From the NCBI GenBank assembly GCA_000708835.1, contig DF237191.1, positions 65,930 to 129,929 of the forward strand: a DNA stretch of 64,000 nucleotides. Reading direction: 5' to 3'. How positions within the stretch are numbered: position 1 is the first letter of the stretch; the number at the start of each line of letters is the position of its first letter. The position numbers and the translations under genes were made by a program. Shown here in pieces: positions 47,801-60,126 of this stretch. The stretch is from Klebsormidium nitens (taxonomy: Eukaryota > Plantae > Klebsormidiophyceae). The notes under the pieces were generated by a model that did not search any database, was not told the origin of the DNA, and saw nothing but the letters and a program-made list of their open reading frames with translations.

Positions 47801-50800
47801 GTTTTCATCATCCAGCATCACGCTAACAGCTTCCAAAGCCCACGGAATCTGAACCATTCTCTGCTCCCCGGACTCTGACGGCCAATCTTTTCCCAGTTCC
47901 GAGGCGTGCGGCCTCAAATCGTTCCTGCAACCCGCGGGGAGTTCGGCCACTGTCTCTGAAGACCAAGTGACTCATGTTTTCAACCTCGACGAGGGTGGAG
48001 GGGAGGTTCTGGAAGTCGTGCTTTTGGATGAGAATGCCCCCAAGGGAAGCACGGTGACTGGCGCCTTGTTTCAGGTAAGTACGAGCAAACGCTGTGAGAA
48101 TTTTCTACAAGATGTGTGGGAAGCCGCATCCCTTGAATCCTTTCTGCGCATTTGGGCTACTGAGAACCGGCCCCAATAAATGTAAGCGAGCGGTGAGTCT
48201 GTCTACGAAGCCAGAGGACTTGCCGCTTGACCATCGAAGTTTTCGTATCTCCAGTCGTTGGACGAGTGGATTCTTGGAATTTAGAGTTGCGCCCCTTCGA
48301 AACGAAGCAGGATTGCTTGATCATGCGGCGTCGCGGATTTACCGAAGCAGACCTCCGATTGACCGCTCTGGTGTCCTCGCTTCTCCAGAGAATCGTTCCG
48401 CTACGTTGACACTTTGCACTGCGGCGCCGAGATCGGGTTTTGGACTGTCATGAGTACGCTCGTCGCCTTGAGAAGCTTCGGTGTGGCCGCCATTTCGCCG
48501 ACGGCAACTACGTAGACATGGGTACTTCAAAAGAGGTACAGAGAAGAGCAGACGGTCCTGGGTGGAAGCCACGTGTCACAATGCAAAGATTCCTATCTCA
48601 GAGGAGTGCCACGTGTCACCCATGCAGTTGAACGACTCGTTACAGAGCGGCGCAGCCCTGGCCGCACCCGTGACCGACCAAGCCGCCTTCCTGCACGAAA
48701 CGACCGGCTTCGACCCCTTTGAAGGCACCGCGGCAGCGGCAGGCGATGCCTACGTCAGCATGAAGGTGTACCGGCTCAAGGACCAAGCGACGATGACGCA
48801 GGTACGACTTCGTTCGACTGAAACAATCGTCTGTTGCTCGGGAAACTACGACGTGTTTGCTTTCTCCAGATTCTAGGGATACAAATTAGACAATTGTCTC
48901 GGGTTTAGGCAAATCGAGTAGGGCACAGGTAGCGAAGAAGTGTATCTTAAGTTTAGATGCCTTTGACACCCATTCGGCGCTCACTTTCAACCTCCTTTCC
49001 CTGCCTCGTGGGAACACGTTCGGTTTACGAGATTCTCAGAGCGAGCGACAATATTACGTTTGAAAACCTTTGCATCGAAAGGTGCGCAATGTCTCGCGCT
49101 CCTAAAATGATCTGACGCTGCTCATGCCCTATGTTCTCGAAACGCTGCCCTATGCTTTCAAAAGACATCCAAAATGTTCCACTGTAAGCATCCAACTCTG
49201 AAGCCTCGGAACACCGATAAATCTGCAAGAAAAGTCTTCAAGAGCAGCATCGCGGCCTCGTGCTTCTGGCAAGCTATCTGGCAAAGCTGACTCTCTACTT
49301 AGCCGTTCGTTTCCCCTGTGTAGGCCGACTTCATCAGCTCTGGGCGCTTCACCGCCGTGAGCGATAACGAGTACCTGCCGTTCAAGATCCCGCCCCCAGT
49401 TAAGGACGTCGTGGGCCAGGACATTGCGGTAAGAATAAGTCTCGGTTTTAGTACTTTTAGTTTTTGCAAAGTTGCGCTTGAGGAACGAGATGAAAAGGGG
49501 AAGGACGCACTTTACTGAAACCCCAGAAATTAACTACCTGCTCCGCACCCTTTCCCACCCATCCCGCGAGCTGACCCCCCCCGTCCCCCGGACACTGACA
49601 TTTTTCAGCTTAGCTGTGACATCGGTACTACTGCGGGAAAGAACAGCAGAAGATGGTTCTGCTCATAAGCACTCTCGGTTAAGTGCTTTTTATCCGGGGT
49701 TTAACCAGGGTCGGCTGGTAGCAAGGCCCCTGGCCCCTGGCCGCTAACTAGATTTAGTAGGAACCAAGCAGCTTCGTCGCACTGGAGCCTTTCATTTGGC
49801 CGTGGAAGATCCACCGTTGCTTTGCGCAGAATTTGGCGTCGCGGAAACTGCTTCCATGCAAACTTCTTTGGAAGCTCCTGGATCAACTTATTGCGCGTTC
49901 TTCAACCGAACTTGAGCTTTGAAGGCTTACAGATCCTTTGAATTGAAGCTCTTTGACCTTTTTTAGCCTTCCAGCCCAACGGTTCCAAGGAGACTAGCAA
50001 AACATGCTTCGATGATTGCAGGGACCATTCTATCGTCGAAAGAGGAGAACTCTCTTGCAAGGACTGTGGTGTTCGGAAGGAGTACAGGCGCCTCTAATAC
50101 CCGCCAGCCGCCCGTGCTAATTTCCGCCTCCCTGTCCCATAGGATATCCCCGCCGTCATCTCGGAGATCCGCGCGCAGTGGGCGGACAAGCTGTCCCTCA
50201 ACCGGCGCACCGCGGCCGCGTTCTTCGACGCGCTCAAGGGGCGCGTGCTCGAATACCACCGCGAGCACAAGCGCGAGATGGTGATTGACGTCGTCATCAC
50301 GGGATGCGAGAGCAGCCTCTGGATCGCGGAGCAGTTTGCGTCCGACCTTATGAACAGTACGTCGGCATATCCAAGACCGCTCGTCTTGTTCATCTCTTGA
50401 GCTGACAGTGGGCTTGGGGCTTCCGGTTGAGACCAGAATCAAGATGCAGTCCGTAGGAAGAAATGCGATGCCCTCATAAGACCGTGAATAAGATCTCCTT
50501 GCCAACAGAAGGAAACAGTTCTTGAATGTCGCTGTTCATGTTTTTCCGACGCTGCGCTCGATATTTGACGGCCAATCCCGCTCCATTCCGCACGTGCCAA
50601 TTTCGCATTCCACGGGTATAAGTCCTGCAGAGATTCTCTCTCTTTCAGTCGTCCTGGAATGTACGCTGATGTACGAGCTTCCAACCTGATTCTGAAGTCG
50701 TCCTTGAGAAGGCTTGTCAGAATGGTACTTGTGTCGGAAGGCCTCTATGCTCAGTTAGCCTCCCTGTTCTATCTTCATCCCCACCCTGCAATACTGCTAC

Positions 50801-53800
50801 AGCTCCAACTCAAGATATCGTTGGAATCATGTCCTTAACTAACTCATCCAGGTCTTGGCCCACTGATAAAATGAACCTATCCATGGCCCAGTAACTGAAG
50901 ACGTGCAACCTCGTGCCCCGCAGCGTTCCCCAGCTCTACATCAAGGCCATTTCGTCCAACAAAGCCACCAAAGCAATACCAGAAAAAGCTGCAAAGGTAT
51001 CATTATCCGATTTGCATGCAACAAAACCGTCAACTTTTCTGCCCCGCAGTGTTCCCCCAGCTGTACGTTGCCGCCATATCGTCGAACAAGGTGATCCAGA
51101 TCCTGGGCAGCAACAAGGGGCGCATCTCCGCGGCCGGCTTCGCGTTCGGCAGCCTGGCGCAGTACCTCGACACCGCCGTCGTGCTCTGCATCTCGCAGTC
51201 GGGGCAGACCTTCCCCACCCTGCACGCCACGCGCATCCTCCTCAAGCAGTGCCCGGGGTGAGTCCCCGGTCGATAGCACAGTCTCTGCGAAAGAAGCTCT
51301 CGGCGCTCTGAATTACGGCGAGGTATCTTTTAGCTCGAGCTCTTTACCGCGTGGCTAGGCGTTTAAAGCAGATTCTGCACGCCACGCGCATCCTCCCTCA
51401 AGCAGTGCCGGGGTAAGCTACCGGTCGATGGCAGCGTTTCTGCCGAAGAAGCTCTTCGCGCTCTGAAAATACGTCGAGGTATCTTTTTAGCTCGAACTCT
51501 CTATCGCGTGGTCAGGCGCTTCGATTCCGACCCTGCACGCCGCGCGCATCCTCCTCAAGCAGTGCCCGGGGTAAACCACCGGTCATCATACAGTAGACCT
51601 TCATTTTCGAAGCACCCGTTGGCATGTCGAGAAAAACTCCTTATCGTGTTCGCGGGACGGTCGCTTCCAATCGCAGACACGAACTTCAGAGCCCTGCAGT
51701 ACGCGTGTGGAACGTCAAAAACAGAGTTTCTTTTCGACCTGGCGCCTTGTTCTTGTTTCTGAAGATGTAATTTCCGATTTACCTTTCAATTTTAGGTCGT
51801 TGACTTTCTGGGCAATCATTGAGGCAACCTCATAAGAAATGAAAACTTTTCGGTCGTCTTTCTGAGTTCGTTTACTGATTAAGGTCCTGAGTCCACGCGC
51901 GGCATAACAGATGCACAAACGAAGCGTCATGAAACTTGCGCCTAATCGTTATCGAGTCCTTCTTTCTGCACAATACTCTTCCAGATTCAACCCACTGAAC
52001 CAGTTCTCGGAAACACCAGAGAATAAAGAGCGAACAGGAAAGCAGGGTCTAGCAAACCCATCATCTTTTCCCATTTCCCCAGGCGCGTGTTCGTGTGCGT
52101 GGGCATGATCGACAGCAAGATGAGCGAGGTCGTGGGCCAGAGCAGCACAAAAGGCGCGCCCTTTTGCGCGCGCATCTTCACCAACTGCGCGGGCTGGCGC
52201 GTCGCGGAGCCCGCCAGTGTCTCGTGCGTGGCGACCCATCAGACCCTCACGGAGCTCATGCTCTTCCTGGCGCGGCAAATGCAGGTAAGCGGCGCAGGAA
52301 ACTTGTCCAAGCGACGCTTGATCAAGAGGGCGCGCCCCCCCCACCTTGCTCTACGGCGACACAATAACCTGGACACCTGACAGAGTGTCGCTGCGAGTCT
52401 GAAAAAATGGAGCCCCCGCTATCTGATCGCGGGGACAAAGGGTGTTATGGTGCCCTCGGTTGACAAGCGTTGATGTGCTTCCTTTCGTCAGCGGAACGGT
52501 CTCTGGCTTGGGACCGGTTTCTGATCTTAGAATTGCCGCATCATAATGGTGTCCTTTATCTGCGGGTTTCCTTTGCTTTATTGTCAGATTTTGTCCTGCT
52601 TTGAAAATCTTTGAAGATCTTTAAAGTTTCGCAACATGTCAGCCCGCTTATGATACAAACATTCTGGCCTTGCGGTCACTTTGCCAATGCAAAGCAACTC
52701 TGTTAGTTAACAGTCTTCCAGCCTTTCCGTTTGACATCACCGGCCTTCTCAAAGAGCACCCCGTTCTGGTTCCTGCAAAACCCTGCATAACCCCGCTGGT
52801 CATCTTCGCACATTGGATATGGAATCGCATCCGCTGGGCATGCGGATGAGCATCAAAGACGTCATTCTCACAAACCTGCAATTCCGTGGTTATCCTCGCC
52901 GGTTAGCGTCGGCATCGCAAACCCGCTGGCATGCGGATGAGCTTCAGAACCTTAAAATCCTACAAACCCGGCATATCCGTGGTTATTTCGCAGGTTAACT
53001 TTGGCCTCGCAAATCCGCTGGGCATGCGGCTGAGCATCAAAGACGTGCGGGATGTGGAGGCGGTTAACCAGGTGTTTGGGGTGGGGGTCGGCGAGCTGAC
53101 GGGAGAGAACCCGGACGCAACCGTCTATAAGGATCTCATAGCCCAAGGCCGACACGTAAGCGATCCTTTCATTTCCTGTTCCGGTTTTCTTTATCTGTTT
53201 TGCATTCAACACAACGAATTGAATCCTAGAGATCATTGAGGAGGCTATCTGAATACAGGCAACTGCTACACAGAAGCCAGCGCGTGAGCGATTCGCATTT
53301 CTGGAGTTCCGACCTTTACGGCCTGGGTTCATACCTCTCATGAAGCTAAGCTCTGCACTCCATAGAACCCAAATCGCCGCGACCGTTCACAGAGACAATC
53401 TACAAGGTCGCGCACATATCCGGTGACTAGAGTCCTGGAAGACAGGCGGACGATCTGGCTCGTTTGACCATTTTCAAAGAAAGATCTGGGAGGTCTAAGA
53501 GAGTCGCTTTCGCCCACGGATCTGACCCTGTGGTTAGCAACCTTAATTGAATCGTAAAACCCTGTCCGAGTTGCTTTTGCTCCGGCCGCAGTGGGGGTGG
53601 CACATCCTGGAGGGCCCCATCGTGTGGCTCATGTGCGCGGCTTACATCATCGGCACCGTGACGTCACACTTCCCGCTGTTCCACGACATCTGGCTGCTGC
53701 TCCAGCTGGGCTTCGGTAAGGTTCCGTGCGATCGACGCAAGGGCTGATAACCCCAGAGCGTCCTGTGAATCTCCGATTGAGAAGCTCTGTTTGCAAACAT

Positions 53801-56800
53801 CACATAAGGAAGAAACCCCAATCATTCCGCTCCGTCTAGTGGAGGATATCAGAAATTACTCATGACCGCTCTCCGGAGTGATACGATTGTGTAACCCAGA
53901 TACTCGGGAGTACTTTCCAGACCTTCGAATTGCAAAGGCCAAACCTTGGAGAAGTCTCCAGTTGCAGGTGGCCTGCCTGAAGGACTATTCCCTCGGCGCC
54001 TCAAGATTTGGGCTTCTCAATATCTTCGATAGCTAAGACGCTTGAGTTCCAAGCCTCGTCGTTTGAGTGTTCCGTCACTCAAGGTTTGGGCTGGGTCGTT
54101 GCTTGCGAAGGAGCCCATATTTCGCACTTGATTGGACGAGCCAAGATGGCCCCGTATCTGATGACCACTTTGTTTTAGGACAGAAACAGAAATATCAGTC
54201 GACGCAGGAGACGAGGTCAAAACGCACCTTGTTCCTGAACTTGCAAGATGAGTAATCCAGATTTCAACGGTCCAAATCTTCCACTCGCAGGCGGCCCCGC
54301 GAAGACGACCCTGTTCTGGTGGGCGTCGTTCGTGGACTCGCTGTTCTACCTGTTCCTTCCGCTCATGATGACGCTGCTCCTGCGGCTGGTCCAGCGGCGG
54401 AAGCTGCTCGCGCGCATCGGGAAGCGCACGCTTGTCATCTGTGACGTACCGTACGTGCACCAGCTGCTCGAGATCTACGTCTCCAAGCTCGTGAGTCTGT
54501 AGCATTTTCTGGCCCGGGTATGCTTTTTGCAACGACTCAAAGCGATGGAACGCTTTGCGTGACAGTCTTCTAAAGCTTCGTACAGGACTTTCAGGCTGCG
54601 CGACGCCCAGCTGATGTGGTACCCTTGTGTGTGCGTCCCTTGTGCGCGTCACCTAATCAGGAGGCGCTGGATGATGGGAGAATTGCGGAGGGAAGGGCGA
54701 AAAGATCAGCTCTGTATTTGAGAAAAAAGTAGGTGCCCAGAGGCCCCAGGAGGTATCGAACAGCTCGGATGCGATGTGCGTGAAGATGGACAAATTACAA
54801 GCAAGTGGTAAGAGTGGCGGGCTTTGATCAGGAGAGCTACTGGACGTTGGTATGGTGCAGAACTGATCGAGGAGGTGTAGATACCAGAACGAGAAGGCGA
54901 GACGAAAGCTCAACTCAAACGTAAAGGACCGGGAAGCTGATGGGATTCTTAAAACTTGTGCAGTTTGCGCTGAGCTACTCGATTGCCAGCATAGACGTGC
55001 ACGGGGCCAACCCCCTGGACCACTTGGTACACCGCTTTACGCACCGGGTCACCAGGTGAGGACGTTTGCGAGGAATTTTCTGGTACCTGGGTCGCATTAG
55101 ATTTGGAAGGAATCTGAAAAGCGATTTGGATTTCAATCGAGATCCAAAAAAATCGCACTTGCGAAGACGCGAGAGATGCATCGACAATCTGATTTGAATT
55201 CTCCTTTACCTGCTCTCACATCGAGATACATTCAATCTTGAGGGGCTTTAGAGGCTTAGGGTTTCAGCCTTTGCAGGGCGGTCGCCTTTAATTTGACTGG
55301 ACTTTTGTAGATCCTTTGCGCTCGTAAAGAGACCATAGGAGCATGCTTGCCTTTCGGAACTTTTTCCTGTGCAGTGCTTGGGGAAAAGAGAGATCGAAGC
55401 GCAAGCTCAGAAAGGTTTCAAAACCTTCCTTGTAATGTTCTCGACGTCATTCTGTGTCACTTTGCAGAACTGGATTGACGGAAATGTTTGCTTACTTGCG
55501 CAGGGGAGTTCTTCTTGCTGTTGGGAGACCCGACGGTCGCTTCACCACACAGACAAAGAGTGAGCACAGAGCGATTGTAGTGACTATCTTCGGTTTTTCT
55601 GCTTCTTTCCTTTGCCGCCTGCCATTGTTTTCAAATGTTTCGGATCGTCAAGACGTGCGGTACTATCCAACGATGTTTGCCGCTTCGATGCACGCGCTTA
55701 CGTAGAGTGGCGCAGAACGCTGTGGCGTCACCATCTGATGTGAAGCGTCCTATGGAGCATCCGGTCAATCCGCCCACTTGCAAGCATTTGTCTTAAAACT
55801 CAATGCAAAATTCGTTTCCTCATCTTTTCCACGGTTTCAAAAAGAAAGTGTCGGTGGAGATAGAGTCTTTCTGTTGTCAACAAGTACACACAAACCCCTT
55901 GACCACGTTTCCGTCTGCTTTCTTGTAGACGAGGCCTGGGTGCTTATGGCCCTGCTGCAAGCGAAGAGCATCGTCAACCTAGGGGTTGGGGCGGAGACGC
56001 TGACTGTTGGTACGGCACACAGATCTGTTTGTTGAGAACTTTGATCCGAAACTATTGCCACTTTCTTGTTGTGGTGCAAAGCACGGTTCTGCCATGTTCG
56101 GACGCAGATTCGTGCTACTTCCCTTGCGCAGTGACTCTCAATAGAAGAAAAAAGTGTTCTGACAGCCGATAAAGAGAGCCGAATATGTCTCACGAGCTTT
56201 GCTAGCAGCCTGAGCACTTGCAAGATCCTTGCTCCTGACTCTGTCAGCTGTCAAGTCATTGCATACTTAGCCGATTCCGCAATCAGATCTCCTATTGCTG
56301 ATCGCATATCGCTGTCCATCCTTGTATGCAGGCCATAACCTGTACTCCGTCAAGATGATCATGGATAAGCACATCACCATCCCGTCTCGTCGCCCAAGGT
56401 TCATCTGCGAGGCGATCTTGGGGGATGCCGAGGCAGAGCCGGTAAGCGATGCTTCGAGTAAAAAATCTCAAGCGGCTTGGAGCCCTTTAAAACGCTTGCA
56501 AGAAGATAAACCCCCAGAGTACGCGCTTTTATAAAGCTATGAAAGGTGTCTAATCGCGGATTTGCGCTGGAAACCACCGAACGAGGGCCGGTTTAAGCGG
56601 TCTATCCTCTCCGAAACGTCTGGTCACTGGAGGTGATACGTAGCGCCTTTGCGAAAGAAGAACGATCAATCAGCGAAGGGTACTCAATCTGCACTATTCT
56701 GCTCTGCATCCGAATCGAAGCATTCATCCACCGAGCGCCCGCGAACGTGATCTGAAACGGTCAATGGCGTCACTCGAGTGCCCGACCGAAATCTCAAAAG

Positions 56801-58986
56801 GAAAGCGGGGCTACTAAGATTGAAATGACGGTTAACCTTAGTTAACCACCGGTTCCCCGTCCCAGATGCGCCTGTCGGCCCGCCAGCGCGCCATCACCGA
56901 AGGACAACACGGCGACGCCTCTTTCTACGACGACATCAACAAGAGCGTCGTGGGGGGTCATCTGCTCGACTCGGCGCCCGTCAGAAAAGCCCGCCGCCGC
57001 ATCGTGAGGCCTAGGCCCACGTTTCCTTTTGAACTCTTTGCTGCGTGCGTTTTCTGGAGCGCTACTTGATTGGGGTCTGCCCATGGAAGCTTCGACTTCG
57101 ATTCGAGCCGCTGTAGGCCTTGCGTCGCCGCCTTAAACTCAGTCACAAAAGCGACCGCTCCAATTGGGCTGCGTACTGCTCCTACAACTTGAAACCGGGG
57201 TCAACAAAGCAATCAAAGGACCGTAGTTGTTGGCAGCTCACCCGATTCCGCTGATAGGTGGACTGCCGGTCCGCTTTTCCTCCGTTGCAGCAGCGTCGTT
57301 TCCATTACGTATCCAAGTCACCCTGAGCTTTCTCCGTCTCCTGCTGGCTCCTTCTGCAGAAAGCCCAGCTGAAGCAGAACGCGCTCGCGCACACCCAGAG
57401 CGTTCGCCTCACCGGGGAATCCGTTCCGGTCCTCAATTCCGAGGGGCTGCCCGTGGCGGAAGCCCCCGAGGAGCGGAATCAGCTCCTGAGCACTCTCCCC
57501 GCGGAGGTCCAGGCCATCTTCGACTCGCAGGCGCCGCTGGAAGAACTGGTGGACAACCGGTTCCTCTCGCTGCAGCGCTACATTTCGTTCCTGGTACGTT
57601 ATGCGTTTCGTATAAGAGCCCAGAAACGAATATCAGTCCTTTGCGGGGTGGGACTAGGAAGGCTGTTCAAAGACAAGTGCTGCGCAGCTCTTGCGGCGGG
57701 GCGAAAATGAACCGTTCACTTTTACGCCTGGCAATCTAGTTGCGAGGGCTGGATGAGAACTCGGCAGACGGGCCCAGATACAGCCTTTTCGACTCAAATC
57801 ATTTTCCCTCGCCGAGAATCGTGAAATTTTCTGCGGAACCTTCCATCATTGCCGTTTCTGGTGTCCTGAGCGTCTTGCCCATACGTCTCCCTCCGGAAGC
57901 AACTCTCGGGGACCGACCTTCTCTGTTTGTTCTTCGTATTCTTCATCGCCTATTAAAAGGACGCACTGTTTGCGGACTCACTCCCTGGCAAAATTCGAAC
58001 GGGCACCTCCAATAATTCCTCTCCAGTTATGTTCTCTTTACCGTGTGCCCGTTCCCTGTGCACCGTTCTTACAGCCAGCGGACCAGCGTCTCTGGTCATT
58101 CCTCTCCCCGGGCACCGTTTACGACAGCACCTTTCTCTTCTCCGCTTTTTTCCCGGGCACCAGTCTCTCCGGTTTGCCGGTAAGTGGTCAGCTGTGTCCT
58201 AACCTGGAGATTATTCCTGGGTAAATTCCAGGTGATTTTCCACGAGATGGCCCGCCGAGTGTCCTCCTTTTGGCCCCTCAACTTCGACATGCACCGCAGC
58301 CAGTCCGAGCTCCGGATCGCCACCACCGCAGGTGAGGATCGAGGCGGAATAGCGGAACAGCGGAATGATTGAACCGCGGGCACGCTATGTACCTTATAAG
58401 CACAAGTTGTGGAACACGAAGGGAAAATGATTAACGATTCGCGCTGTGATGTAATAACGTAAGGCTCCGTTACCGGTAGAGGTCTGAGTATTCTCCCACG
58501 GAAATACCAGCTTGTGTTCGACGGCTTGCAGTGTTTCGAGACTCTTTTTGCGACTCTTGATTTGCAAACGCTTGATTCTGAGGGCCTCGTCTTGAGATCG
58601 TCTCGAGTGAACCTCGGCGTTCCGTTTGCCGGTTCCGTGCAGAGGAAACGGAATGCTCTTTCCTCAACCCCTGATTTCCTTGGAGTGGTCTAGGATACTG
58701 TTGCCCACAGTCGAGAAATCCCGAGCTGAAATTGCTGACGTAAATGGTCCCTTCTTGGTTTGCCCCTGCAGCCCCGGTTTCCGCGGCGGAACTGGAGCGC
58801 GAGTGGGAGGAGAGCCAGGATCCGGCGGAAGACGACGACACCCTGGCCATGTCCTTCAAGTCCGTCAGCGCACATCTCATGAGCGTCACGCGCCTCGGCA
58901 GCCGTAGCAGCTCGCTACTGCGCGAAATGAAGAAAGTCAAGGAAGAAATGGACGCGGCGGAAGCCGCCGCGTCCCCCGCCATGTGA
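41886..58986 (+). CDS. ~1470-aa membrane protein: HExxH (M50-like) domain, class II glutamine amidotransferase (Ntn) domain and SIS-like domains (GlmS/GFAT-like, function unknown)
   Basis: 26 GT-AG exons that chain in frame: 41886-42461, 42973-43013, 43459-43589, 44039-44206, 44740-44863, 45507-45825, 46370-46610, 46791-46906, 47429-47541, 47898-48075, 48628-48801, 49324-49428, 50143-50356, 51050-51257, 52083-52284, 52994-53155, 53592-53715, 54291-54490, 54964-55055, 55504-55559, 55929-56009, 56332-56441, 56866-57003, 57360-57593, 58232-58331, 58772-58986. Motifs: HEWAH, CGNFG, RGGQSGG, GHTRFATS, NESHPH, THNGDF, CDS, GSFG, TGCESS, SQSGQT, AEPAS. Confidence 0.85.
51219..51585 (+). repeat. Three-copy ~155-bp tandem repeat spanning an exon 3' end and donor site
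   Basis: ctgcacgccacgcgcatcctcctcaagcagtgcccgggGT recurs at ~51220, ~51376 and ~51533. The first two copies continue with near-identical intron sequence. Confidence 0.85.
52783..53045 (+). repeat. Three-copy ~92-bp tandem repeat spanning an acceptor and exon 5' end
   Basis: cgca(a)(a)tccgctgggcatgcgg(a/c)tgagc(a/t)tca recurs at ~52826, ~52917 and ~53008. Only the last copy keeps tttcgcag as an intact acceptor. Confidence 0.85.
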
Positions 58987-60126
58987 CCGGAATGGCCGGA
59001 AATGGATTGGACCTTTAGCGGCTCGGAAGAGGGCGTGCGTCAGAGGCCGGAAACGAGTTGAGATAACCAAGCTTTAAAAGGGGCATATAAGCACAGGGTT
59101 ATCTCTAGATGTTGTCATAGGCACCACGCATCCGCTCACGTAGATACTGCTTGCACATTTATGGACATTTGCGAATGACCGCCGAATGTTAGCTAGCCTC
59201 GCTAGCTGCCTCGCTACCGAGGCAGTCGTAAAGTGGTGTGCTTGAGTTGCCTGGCAGGGTGGTGAGAGCCCAAATAGCGTTTGTTTGTAGGACCCAGTGC
59301 CGATGCTTAATGGGTCCTAGGGCCCAGACCCGTCCTAGACTTAGAGCAAGAACCCTAGCTGCGAGGTCCTGATTAACTGAAACTTCACCAAAACTCAAGC
59401 AATTTCTTGGCGGAAAACATTATCCCGATAGCCTAGCTCATGGTCAGCTGCAGTCCCGACCCTGGTAATCATCACTGCATTGTTGGAAGATAGCGGGTTG
59501 CATTCCTACGGCACATTGACAATTACGTAGATGGAGTATTGGGGGTTGTCTCTGTTGAGGCGAGGCAAGGTCGGGACTTCATGTTTAATTCTACAAGGCC
59601 GTACCACATAGGTAGCACGAGCGCCCAAGAAGACACTATTTAAACTTTTAAGATGCGTCCTAGATTGTGCTACAGAAGTAGAAATCTGACGTTCCGGATC
59701 CCTCCAAGTCAGGGAGCAGGAAACGGCAATGGTCCCCAACGACAATTCTAACACCCGGCTCATGGGCAGGGCTTGCTAAGAAAGCAACTTGTGACCCATA
59801 TTTGCATAAAAGCTAGTCGTATGACGCCGCCCCTTGCTCATACCTTTGACTAAACGGCGCGGTCCGATCAATTCGAGACCTTCAAATCACCTATCTTAAT
59901 CTGCTTTCAATAATCATCGATCCCCTATTTCTATCACTTAGCATCAAAGGACACTAAAGAAGTTAAGATAAATCGCAACCAATTCTGAAGACTCGGAAGT
60001 CGCGGTCTATCGTAACTGACTATGTTGACTTTAGTGCAATGCGGAATTACCGGGCATATTCACGTCTTTGCCTGAAAGTAGCGGGAACCGTATTTGGGCA
60101 AATTACAATAACACATCGATACCCAA

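Noticed and set aside
51219-53045. Short direct-repeat arrays considered as CRISPR-like
   Set aside because: The sequence is eukaryotic, and the units are whole tandem duplications of exon edges, not repeat-spacer arrays.
59288-59340. 9-bp hairpin (taggaccca/tgggtccta) followed by CTAG, resembling a Helitron end
   Set aside because: The loop is longer than typical and no matching 5' TC end or other support was found.
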